64,000 nt of DNA, from the NCBI GenBank assembly GCA_030704615.1, contig CM060731.1, positions 91,946,001 through 92,010,000 on the forward strand, in the 5' to 3' direction. Positions 49,450 to 60,090 of the stretch are shown here, in pieces. The notes beneath the pieces were generated by a model, which had not been told where the DNA came from, ran no database searches, and saw only the letters and a list, made by a program, of their open reading frames with translations. The stretch's first letter is position 1, and each line of letters begins with the position of its first letter. This stretch comes from Takakia lepidozioides (taxonomy: Eukaryota; Plantae; Bryophyta). A program made the translations under genes and the position numbers.

Positions 49450-50450
49450 GAAGGGGAGTGCACTCCGCACTCTACGTTGCTCAGCCATAGCCAAGCTGAT
49501 AATCCAAGTCAAGCAATTGAGATCCATTGCTTGCCCCAACACCTGACGTCGTGATGCCTCAGAAAGAGAAGGCACCGCCGTGGTCCCAGTGGAAAACCCC
49601 ATAGCCCGCTCCTCGCTCGTCGGCATTAGGCTCCACTAACTGCTGCAACTGAGCATCCCACAGGAGGCCAGGTCCACCATCCCGAAAAGCATGGGATCCT
49701 GGGAAGCTGAGCAGTGTAGGTAATGCTGCTCGTGGTTGACCCACCCTGTTGACCACTGCCAAAGGCGAACGGTCATCGTGTCTCACACGTTGAGACTGCC
49801 TCCCTGTGTCCAAAATGCCATCCACGGTAAGGTGTGCTGGCCGCTGCACCCCATCAATGCACGCTTGAGTAGTGCGGGTGCATCAAGTTAGTCCACCAAA
49901 GCCGTGGACGATGAGCCCGTGACCCCACTGCAACTGCATCCAGCAACACTGCTGACCCAAGCCACGACCGGACTTGATGCACACTGGCCATCACCCTGGC
50001 CCGAGAATCACCCATCAGTGGTACATTCTCCAAGATGTATGCTGGAGATACAGCTTGATGAAGCTGCAAGCAGCGCAAAAAATCCCACCATCTCCCAAAA
50101 CAGACCCGTCCTCGAGTCTCGCAATCCATTGCCATGCCCGGCTGATGAATGCCCTTGGCAGGGCCAACCTGCCACTACCAGATCAATGGAGCCAACCTGC
50201 TCCAAATCCTGCGCCCCCAGCAAAGAAATGTTTGCTGGCAAGGCTTGTTGGTATCCACGAACTGCAGACACTGGCAACAAGTCAGGGTATTGCTGTACCA
50301 ACTGAGCAACATGGCGCAGTGAGACGCGTCGTGCAGTCTCATCTCTCTCTCTCATACAGGTAACGTCGAACTCGTAACACCTGCCTGTAGCACAGCAGCC
50401 AATCCGGTGCTGATCACGCCAAACAAGTCCAGAAGGCAAATGCCTTCATC
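49450..50450 (-). pseudogene. DNMT3-like C5-cytosine methyltransferase domain inside pol (frameshifted)
   Basis: Motif I LDLFGVISTG, IV DLVVAGWPCQG, VI YILENVP, VIII AHRPRLWWTN, IX ERAMGF, X RRQVLGQAMD. Confidence 0.9.
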
Positions 50451-50786
50451 CGGATACTGCCACCACAATAGGTGTGGTATCCAATGGTGACAACTGAGGT
50501 GGTCCTGGTGCAATACCCGCACTCTCCTCCTCTCCTGACGGAACAAAAGCCTCTACCCAGGCTTGTTGCACCCGTCGATCAGCAACCTGCTGCAAATCCT
50601 TGCTCGTACCCCACAATGGAGTATGAGCAACCATGGCAGGCAACTCCGCCATACCATGCATGTCATCCTGCTCTGCTGGAGGTGGCACATCCTCTGCATG
50701 GGCATTGCCTTCCAACAACTCTCCAGGCCAACTAACTGCAGCTGTAAAGGCGGCTAGTGTTGGAATCTTGCCCCGCTGGGCAGCCG

Positions 50787-51329
50787 CTATACCCCAATGA
50801 ATGTCACAGGGAGCTGTGCACGGCGACCATCGCCTGACTGCCATCCAGGCATGTAGGATGCTGACTCCTCCCAAAAGTCTAGCGTGAAGCCCATGGGGTA
50901 TAACACTGCCCCACCAACGAGGACATCGTAAGAGACTGCGTCTGTCACAATGGCCTTGGCTCGCATTACTGAGCCATCGATAGGATGATCCGGCTGCAGT
51001 CTAATGGCCAACTGATGCCGTGTCATGCCCCGAGCCTGCTCTGATCCTCCCAGAGATGTCTGTATCTGGAAAGGACAAGGCTCCATATCCGCCTCCATGA
51101 GGCCCAAACCTGCAATAGCAGCTCTGCCCAACATCAGTGGCTGAGCTCCCGAGTCCAACAAGACCCGCAGTGGTCGGTACTTCTTGCCTGCCGGTCCACT
51201 CAAAGTGAAAATGCCTCCCTGGATGTCTAACAAGACAACTCCAGGTGTCGCCATGGCGCGCTCAAAGGCTGGCCTAGCTGGCAGCTCCGTCAACCTGACA
51301 GCTGCAGCTTGCCAGGGCGCAGTGCACAC
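50787..51329 (-). CDS. Retrotransposon aspartic protease
   Basis: RVLLDSGAQPLMLG...YDVLVG. Confidence 0.75.
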   Translation of the reverse strand: MCTAPWQAAAVRLTELPARPAFERAMATPGVVLLDIQGGIFTLSGPAGKKYRPLRVLLDSGAQPLMLGRAAIAGLGLMEADMEPCPFQIQTSLGGSEQARGMTRHQLAIRLQPDHPIDGSVMRAKAIVTDAVSYDVLVGGAVLYPMGFTLDFWEESASYMPGWQSGDGRRAQLPVTFIGV

Positions 51330-52569
51330 CTGTTGATGAAGCCTCTGAGTCTGTGTCTGACTCTACAGTAATTGAGGGTGGCGGTGAATGTGGTCTGAAC
51401 CGAATACCTCGTCTTGTGAACCCACTCTCACTGTTACTGCCTGTAGCCGTACTCCCCTCAAAACCCTTGGGTAACTCCGTAATGACACTCACAATGTGCA
51501 CCTCCTCCACGTGACACTATAAGGCTCTAGTACTAATCTAATAGTGACACGGATGGGCACCTGTTGCAGTCTAAGGGTCATATCCCAATGGCTCAGGGCA
51601 CCTGCACCTGCATCCACCGCAAGAACTCCTATGGTTGGCTGGTCATCAACCCAGCCTCACCATAGAAGAAACACTGGTGGTCTTGCTGGTCATCACTCCA
51701 GCCTCACCACTGACAGCATACTCTAGGATTGACCGGTGATCAAATCCGGCCTAATCCCTATGAAAGCAAGCGCCCACACAAAACCAACATGGCGCACAGC
51801 AGTCTTGACCCTCAAATCCGAGGATCCCTCTACCACTACACCTTCCACTAACTCTGCAGAAGATGAAGTGACCTCCCCACTCTCACAGAGTGTTGCTGCT
51901 AGTCGAAACACTGCAGCTGGTCTCACCCCCGGTGTCGCAATCATTGTTGCCGAGAACAGTGGGGCCTGACACACAGAGGTGGCTGCCCCCAATAACACAC
52001 CGGCCGCACTAGCTTTGGTAGCAGGTGTCAGTGCTGCACGTGTAGCTCTCCCCAATGGCATAGTAACCTCCGCCTCGGTAGCAGTCGGGCGAGAACTAGG
52101 TGCCATGGATGGCGTCGACACAGTCTCCGCCAATGTGAATGACTGAGGAAGCCTCGCCTGACGGCTTGCCTCCCCACACTGTGAATCCAATTCCACCTCT
52201 GCACCTCGTGGCTCAGGAACTCGTGATGCTCCTCGAGTCACGGCTGCAGCAAACTCCACCTGCTCTAGTGGTAGTGCTGCTCTGCACATAAAGCCCATGC
52301 CTCCCATATCTCCTCCCTCAGGAGCAGGAGGTGGACCATCCCGCCTGGGAGCCGGTACCGCCTGAGCTATAGCCATGGCAGCGAGCCTCTGCTCTAGCTG
52401 CTGAAGCCGATTGGCCATGCCTTGGTCAACACCCTGACCTCTGCGTCCTTGGCCATGTGGAGCTTGCCCTTGGCCTGCACCTCGTGCCCGACCACCTCGT
52501 CCTCTTTGGGCTGGTCCACCTCGCCCCCGACCACCATTGTTCCCTTGGAACTGGCCTGGGCGCAACTCA

Positions 52570-53739
52570 GGGTGCAAGTCATAACATTGGGCATCTCCAT
52601 GCCCATACTTGCCACAATGCCCACACTGCAACTGTGCAGGCTGTGCTTGTGCCGGCCTTTTGCCACTCTCTGGGCAATCTCTCTTGACATAGGCAACATG
52701 TGACCCCTGGTTGCTGTTGGCCTGCAAAAGATGCCACGGGCGTCTGCACCTGAGGTCCCCTATAAGCTCCATGAAACTTGGGCTGGGCAACCTTGCCCCC
52801 CTGACCACGCTGTCGAGCGGTTCCTTGTGCCTGTGGGCTGGCAGCTACGCCTTGTGTAGGCATGTCCTTGCCAAATCCAATGGTAACAACTTGCTCCTCC
52901 ACCATGTTGAGCTCAATCCGCTCAGCCAGCAGAAACACATCTGCTAATGTGGGTTGGGCTGCTTGTAACAGGGTTGCATCTCGCACCCTTCTCTTGAGCT
53001 CCTTATCCAGAATTCCATACCAAAACTGGATTGCCTGAGCTTCAGTAACCCCTTGGGTCACACTTATCAAGCGCCTCATACAAGTGTACGCCTTTCGCAG
53101 GCTCTCACTGGGTTTGCGCTGGAAGTCTTGCAAACTTTGCAACTTCTCTGTCCGTACACCTTGGTAGTTCCTCCGCAACTTCTGGAAGAACTCCACCACC
53201 GGGTTGAATCTAGGCACATGTGTTGTAGTCGTGGCAGGAGGAGTAGTAACACCTTTTGAACTGGTACCACCTACAGAAGTACCAGCACTACTTGCTCCAC
53301 TACTAGTGCTGGCCGTGAGAGCTATTGGTACTGATGCAGCTACTGGTCGCGTCGTGCCTCGAGTAATGGAGACGTAGTCAGGTGACCAATACATCCTCCA
53401 CTCCTCAATCTCTGCTTCATGTCATCGCCTGAACTCGTGGTAATCGTCCATAGGCGGGCCTTCCAAATGCTGGAACAGTCCCTTCCACGCCATGAATGGG
53501 GTGAATAGCTGTGGATTGCGCATCTGCTGCAAATCACACCAGCTGTCAAACTCCTGGATAAAGTCATCCAACTCGATTGTGCCCACAGCTCCAGAGTACC
53601 TACGAGGCCCCTTGGTAGCTCCATACATCTCCTCCATGTCGTCCCACAACAATGGCGAGTGAAAGCAATGCTGATCCTGCAGAATATCCCAGCCCAAAAC
53701 CCCGGACTGACTGGCCTCCACCAAGAGAGGCTTTAGCAA
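52570..53739 (-). pseudogene. Gag with CCHC zinc knuckle (frameshifted)
   Basis: LDDFIQEFDSWCD, LQDFQRKPSESLR, CGHCGKYGHGDAQC. Confidence 0.75.
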
Positions 53740-53819
53740 CTACGAGTACAAGGTAATGAAAATAGTACAGAGATGGAGGGGAAGAATAGAAGCCCGTCCA
53801 AGCAAGATCTAATCCTGAT

Positions 53820-54569
53820 CTATGCTATCAACTTCCAGACTTCTCTCAAAGTGCCTCGCTCTGCGTGATGATAAGGTGTAGGAGGTATATCTATGTCCAG
53901 AAACCTGCCACTAATCTTGTCCCAAGCTACAATAGCTTGCTCTAACCAACCCTCCTCCTCTTTCTGCCAGGTAGAGACAAAGCAATACTCCCTTATCTCC
54001 CGCTCACTGAACATTAAAGAAAACAAAGGTAGGGTCTGATAGTCTCTCAACTCGAAAGCTTTGAGACGGTTGCGGGTGTCCTCATTGCGAATGACTGCAT
54101 CTCCTTCACGCACAACAAACATGTCATTGCTGATGAACCCCCGCTCGTGGTTGCCCTGTGCAGAGCGTATCCGGCTGCAACCATGTCTGATTGCACAAAC
54201 TTGTGTAGCTCCTGCTCCTCTGCTCCAGTACACCACGGCCTTGTGACTGAACACCTTGGTCCCCGGGGCTGTCTTTGGCTGTGTTCCAAGCCTAGCTTTC
54301 ACCCACTTTGGTATTTCACCTACAGCTGCAGAACTGCTAACTCCAACAGAGTTCTGACTGTCCAAGGCGATATTGAGGCCCTCAATGCCAACTACAGCAG
54401 TCTGTTGTCTACTGCTAATGCCTGACTCCCAGTATGCAATCAACTCGTCCAACTGTTCTCCACCCAAATTAGTCTGAGTTCCTTGGGAAACATAAATCCT
54501 GTCCCCTTGTGTGCACAGGCTAAGAGAAGAGACCTGCCCTTCAATTACGTCCTCATTTCCCCCAGCCAT
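53820..54569 (-). CDS. Extra 249-aa ORF upstream of gag, function unknown
   Basis: Intact ATG-initiated ORF in the element's sense orientation with no motif recognised. Confidence 0.45.
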   Translation of the reverse strand: MAGGNEDVIEGQVSSLSLCTQGDRIYVSQGTQTNLGGEQLDELIAYWESGISSRQQTAVVGIEGLNIALDSQNSVGVSSSAAVGEIPKWVKARLGTQPKTAPGTKVFSHKAVVYWSRGAGATQVCAIRHGCSRIRSAQGNHERGFISNDMFVVREGDAVIRNEDTRNRLKAFELRDYQTLPLFSLMFSEREIREYCFVSTWQKEEEGWLEQAIVAWDKISGRFLDIDIPPTPYHHAERGTLREVWKLIA

Positions 54570-54990
54570 GCAAGGAGTACATCCACAAATTTGTCTCTCA
54601 TATAGACCAGCACAGGTTCTAGAGACAGGATTGTGGATCTTTCATGGCACACTCACACTCTAAAAATTCCATAGATTTTTAGCAGAGTCCCAAAAACAAA
54701 AACCAGGTCTAGATGGGTAGATTTCCCCTTTCTGCAGCTATCCCCAAAAAAACTGAGTCAAACGGAGCTCATTTGACAAAGATATGACCAACCAGGCTCT
54801 AAATCATTTAAATTAGATCAAAATGGTTTTTTTTTTTTTTTTTAATAAATTATTTTTTTTAACACCAAAACTTTCTCGCCATTAAAAACTGCTCCCTTCT
54901 CCATTGCTTTTCTGCAGTGCACAGGTGCCGGCATGTTTTCATCAACGTCTTTTGTCTTCTTCGCTTCGCTTCCTGGCTGTAGCTGTTTCG

Positions 54991-55420
54991 ATGGCGTTTG
55001 TAGCAGGTTACTCGAAGGCTTTGAAAACTGGTTTGGCGGTAGACGCCATCTCCAACAGAGAGGCATCGTCAGCAAAGGCTTCGTCGAGCCGAGCTCCAGT
55101 AGATGCAGTTCACTTGACGGAGGGCTTACTTGGGAGAGCCAGCTTCATCATCCACAGGAAGTCGTCTTTCTCGCTCTCCTTTTGTAGAGCCGTCACTGAC
55201 GGGAACCTCCGTCTGTTTTTCTAAACCTGCCAGGCACAGTCTAAAACCTTCCTGTGCGATTGCCAAGGCTTTTGCCGTGGGAGAAGACCCGGACTGGAAT
55301 GACGATGACTATATTGTGTTAGGCTTGGCTCACTGCTTTCAAAAAGATGATGATGGAAAGCTCAAGGACGCATTGATTGTGGAGCCCGTTACTGCTGGGA
55401 CCTTTGAGTGTATGGAGAAT
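54991..55420 (+). pseudogene. Host gene first exon (transit-peptide-like N-terminus plus a putative plastid/cyanobacterial-type domain) inside the retrotransposon
   Basis: Ser/Ala-rich MAFVAG... then, after a frameshift near 55220, DDYIVLGLAHCFQKDDDGKLKDALIVEPVTAGTFECMEN followed by a GTGGGT donor-like site. Confidence 0.55.
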
Positions 55421-56653
55421 GTGGGTAGAGCCCCCAATGGCCGCATTCAACCGGCTCTTCACCTCAGCTACAAGCCAGCTGCCCCCTAAGCCAGGTTGGC
55501 ACCAATTACAGACTAGGTTGCACACAAAAACATCGGAGGAGTGAACTTCGTTCCTTTACTCAACTGAGCATCACCAGTCGCAATCCATAGCAACAGCCCT
55601 TTCATAAGGAACAGAGACACAAGTCTCCAAAGAGCACATGAAACCACATGCAGGTGAAGGTGATCTGCCTACAATTTGCTTGTCACAGCTTTGTTGCAAC
55701 AGACATAGCATACCCATTAGACGGAGCAGAAATGGTCCTGTGCATTTCAGAGCTTTCCCGGAGAACTCGTCTGACCATCCTTCTGCTACAATTGTGCATG
55801 TTGTTTGTACTAGATTGTCGCAGAAGCTACCTGCAAGTGAACAGAGTGGCATTTAGCATTTGCAGCTGACCCCTACAACCTCGCAAACAATCTTGTCCAG
55901 AAAGCTGCTGTATTCGGTAAAGCCACGTTGCTAATGTGAACTGCCTCCACAGTTGAGCCTCTGTTGCCGTCTCAATGTCATCCCCTCCACGCTCCCGGCA
56001 TGCCCACCAAATGAAGACCTGGAAACAATATCGATCACCCGGCAACGTAACCCTGCAGCTTAAGCGACTGTCGACCATATAACGGCTAGCCAGTCAACGC
56101 AACGAGCTCCGCCCTGCTCTGATCTGCCAAAGAATCTTCACCTATTCATCCTTTGCACTCCCAGGGTAAGACGAGACGAGCTAGTCCGTGGCCTGGGCTC
56201 CCTCCACTTCAGGATTGTTGATCAAATGCAGCACCTTGGTTGTTGACCGGTCATATTCCCCGTGTCCTTGTTTGGACTCCAAGACTGCAAGAGTGCAGGT
56301 ATCAGCGTTCACAGCTTGCCAGCGCTGCTCCATGCTGCACGGTAGAGCTTCTCTATAAGCTTACTGGGGAAACAATCATCCAGCTTCAAGGATCACGCAT
56401 AGGTGCCAACTAGCATTTGCTGCTGCATTTTTAAGTCTCTCCTCGTGTACTCCAAAGCCTCTGGTGACTTGGTAGCTTTAGCGACTGCAATAACAGTGGC
56501 GGCTCCGGCATCGTCATCCTCCAGGCGTTTCAGGGCACGCTGAATCTTGTGATCACATTCAATGATATGCTTCTCAAACTAAGCACTACTTACACACAGG
56601 TAATCTTGCAAGTGCTAACCCTCAACTCCTACCTTGCACTCACAGGTAAGAGA

Positions 56654-56667
56654 TCATCTTTCTCGAG
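56654..56667 (-). promoter_or_regulatory. Self-priming primer binding site
   Basis: The 14 nt directly after the 5' LTR (CTCGAGAAAGATGA on the minus strand) are the perfect reverse complement of LTR positions 56850-56863. There is no TGG tRNA-type PBS. Confidence 0.75.
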
Positions 56668-57169
56668 TGATAGAAAACCAACGAACACACTGTTTACACA
56701 AAACATGAAAACCAAACCATCACTCTTAGAAATAGTAGTCGAGCCAGGGGCACCCCAAGCTATGGGGACTCCACCCCACAACAACCTGTACCCCTACATA
56801 AGCACACTCAAATCTAACCGCATGTAGGAGCTTGGTCGCGCAGGCTCAACTCGAGAAAGATGAGCCGCGCGACTGCTGCTCTCGTGAAGATAAGACGGAC
56901 CAGGTGTCAAACTAAACTTGACATCTGATTTAACACTTGACCTAAATCCAAGTGTTAAATACAAATAACTAGTTTTATTCTAGCTGTTTTCACACTGTGC
57001 TTATTTAACTTGACAAGGTACCTTCATTAGCAGCGCCTTGTTCTATCAAATGCACTGCTGCCGCTGCTGTTTCCAGTTGACCATCTATCCACGCAGCTTT
57101 CTTGTAGCTATTGATCCGCAGGGAATCAGAAGTAATCTTGTGTTTAAAATTGACCTCTTGGATGAATCG

Positions 57170-57800
57170 TGTTCCTCGACACCACCTCGTTCAGCCATAG
57201 TGTTGAACAATCCCTCCGCATCCTCAATGCTCCCACAATGGCATACATGTCCACAAGGGTATTGTTCATAATCACATCCGGTACAATTCCAGCTTTGGTG
57301 ATGCAACCATGCACCTCTTTGCCCTTTTCCATGGCTGCAGGCTTGCACACTCACTGCAAAGCACACAAACATGATGTGGTCGAGCTTCACTCCTTCCCCC
57401 ATCATCTGCTTTCAGGTCTCCAAAGCCCCATCTCGCGCTCCTGCTCTGCACACCCTGCAAGCATCGCGTTCCACGACACCACATCTCATTCAGCCATAGT
57501 GTTGAATACTCCCTTGGCATCCTCAATGCTCCCACATTTGGCATACATGGCCACCAGAGCAATGTTCAGGATGTCATCTGGTACAATTACAGATTTGATG
57601 ATGTCACCAGGGATCTCTTTGCCCTGCCCTTTTCCAGGGCTGCCAGACGCGTTGCAAACGCACACAAACGTTATGTGGGCGGTTTCACCCCTTCCCCCAT
57701 CATTTGCTCATAGGTCTCCAAAGCCTCCATCCCGCACCCCTGCTGTGCATACCCTGCAAACATCACAATCCACGACATCACATCTCGTTCAGCCATAGTG
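57170..57800 (-). pseudogene. PLS-class PPR fragments
   Basis: MEKGKEVHGCITKAGIVPDVIMNNTLVDMYA, MYAKCGSIEDA, EGVKLDHIMFV. Confidence 0.85.
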
Positions 57801-57910
57801 TTCAGAATGACAGGTAATCTGACAGGCATTCACCTTTTTGCATTCAGTTTTAAGAACATACCAAATCTGAGGGATGCCATCGAAGTTGCATAGACCAACG
57901 TGGGCCATTA

Positions 57911-58320
57911 ATGACGTCGTTGTTGGTGGACACAGGAGCGTTGCACTCCTTCATGACACCGGCAACGGCACGGAAGTTGGGACTCCCGACAAGTGATGTG
58001 GGGGCCTCGATTGAGGTGCGTTCTGCTAAAGGAGAACCACAATTGGCGATGAGGTTGGCGTTCGATGTTCCTCTTCAGCTCGGGAGTTGGGAGGGACGTG
58101 AGAACTTCACCATTTGCAAGATCGATGGAGTGGATCTCATTTTGGGGATGACCTTTTTGAGCAAATCAGAAGCGGTCATAGATGGCCGCAAGAGAACAGT
58201 CACGCTACCGTGTGGGAATGGTGGCGAAGTTTTACGAGTTTCGGAAGCGCCCAACCCAGTGGGAGGACGAATAAACGTGCTATCAGCAAAGGAGTGGGCC
58301 GTGGAGGAGCCACACGAGCC
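57911..58320 (+). mobile_element. Isolated Gypsy aspartic protease fragment
   Basis: LLVDTGALHSFMT...VDLILGMTFL. Confidence 0.75.
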
Positions 58321-58513
58321 CCAGTTTTTTTTTTGCCTCGGTTGTCCCACCATTGACTGGGGTCAGAAAAGTATTCATTCCACAGCTTCTCCTCATCTCT
58401 GTTACCTCTTTTAGGATACTTTCCTGTTGTCAGTTGGGAGTATCATGTCAAAATCACTCCAAACTATCAAAGATTCACTCAACCAGCTAACTTGCAGAAT
58501 TCAATATGGATAT

Positions 58514-60090
58514 TTAGGGCCGATTCTGATAAGAGGGAAAAACAGGGTGAAATGTGTTGAAAAAGGTGCTTTCATTAGCAACGCTTGATTTTATCAATTG
58601 TGCCGCTGCTGCTGCAGCTTCCACTTGACCATCTATCCATGCAGGTTTCTTGTAGGTAATCATAGGTAATCTGGAAAACGGCTCCTGGCAAATCACCTTC
58701 ATCTTCCCAGACAATCTTCTCAGCTCAGCATGGATTTCCTTAATTCTGGGATGCAACTTGTCATCTACAACGAAGGTGTGCACCCTGTTGCAAACCTCAA
58801 TGCAGTAGCGACTTGGCTCCTTTTCAACCCCTCTGACCTTCATCATTCTTCTCACCTTCACAGTATCAACCCACCTGCCAGCTACAGCATAGATGTTTGA
58901 AAGCAACATAAGTCGCGGCATCCTGTTCATTCCACTTGAGGATAGATGTTGCCGCACGTTCAGGTCCACTGCCTCATCCAGTTGTCCCGCATGTCCAAGA
59001 AGGACCACCATGCAGCCAAAGTGCTATACTGTCGGAGTGATACCATGATCTTGAATCAGGGAATCGAAGTAGCGTCTTCCTTCATTCAGAAGGCCAGCGT
59101 GGCTGCATGCAGAGAGAACACAAACTGCTTCAAGCCGTTCTTTTGCAATAGTTGCAGGACCTCCCTATGACAACCATGCTGTGCATATTCTGCGATCATT
59201 GCATTCCACGACACCACATCTCATTCAGCAATATTGTCGAACACTCCCTTTGCGTCCTCCATGCACCCACATTTGGCATACACGTCCACCAGGGCAGTGT
59301 TCAGGATCACATTTGGTACAATTCCAGCTCTGACGATGTCGACATGCACCTCTTTGCCCTTTTCCAGTGGTTTCGCAGTCCTACTTGTTGTTTTCTCCTC
59401 GCCATGTCCATCTTCTGCTTTGGGGCGGGGTCTAGGGCTGGCAAGGTTTTAGCAACCAGTGTCATGACTCTCTCTCTCCTCCTCTTTGTTCTGCCCAATC
59501 AGGGTGCAGGGTCTATGGCCACAAGGCTATCATGAGTACTTTCTCCCTCACACACACCTCTCCCTGTTCCGCCCAAACTGGGCACGGACTGGGTAAATGG
59601 CCACAATGCAATGGCAAACGTCATATGAGTACATTTCGCTCTCTCTACTCTTGGCAATAGACTGAAATTGAAATGCAGGTCGGGGAGTGTACCTTTGAAC
59701 AAACAAACAGATGCAGAGATGAGAGGTAGCCTGTCAATGCCCGACGTGCGGGAAGCCTAAAGACTAAACATTTTCTGATACATTTCCGGTGTACACTCCC
59801 ATCTGAGAGCGACCCTCTTCACTTACATCAAGAACAGATCCTTGCACGGTTGTTCGCCAAGATGCACCCACATTTTGCAAACATGTCCACCAGGGTATTG
59901 TTCAGAATGACAGCTGGTACAATTCCAGCTCTGAAGATGTCGCCATGGACCTCTTTTCCCTTTTCCAGAGCTGCCAGGGCAGTGTTTAGAATGACATTTG
60001 GTACAATTCCAGCTTTGACGATATCCCCATGCACCTCTTTGCCCTTCTCTAGGACTGCCAGGCTTGCACGATGCCACATCTTGTTCAGGC
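58514..60090 (-). pseudogene. PPR PLS/E/E+ fragments with unrelated inserts
   Basis: LLSNIYAVAGRW...GVEKEPSRYCIEVCNRVHTFVVDDKLHPRIKEIHAELRRL (E/E+), with further PPR motifs at 59170-59370 and 59860-60090. Confidence 0.85.

Larger units (their letters stand above)
45265..57015 (-). mobile_element. Ty3/Gypsy LTR retrotransposon carrying a C5 DNA methyltransferase and a PHD finger, with split LTRs
   Basis: TSD AGGT at 45261-45264 and 57016-57019. Repeat B at 45351-45697 and 56668-57015; repeat A at 45265-45349 and 45700-45784. Domain order gag-PR-DNMT-RT-RH-IN-PHD. Confidence 0.9.

Noticed and set aside
45265-57015. Classification as a DIRS/Ngaro tyrosine-recombinase element because of the split repeats
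   Set aside because: It encodes protease and a DDE-type integrase in Gypsy order and has a TSD; no tyrosine recombinase motifs were seen.
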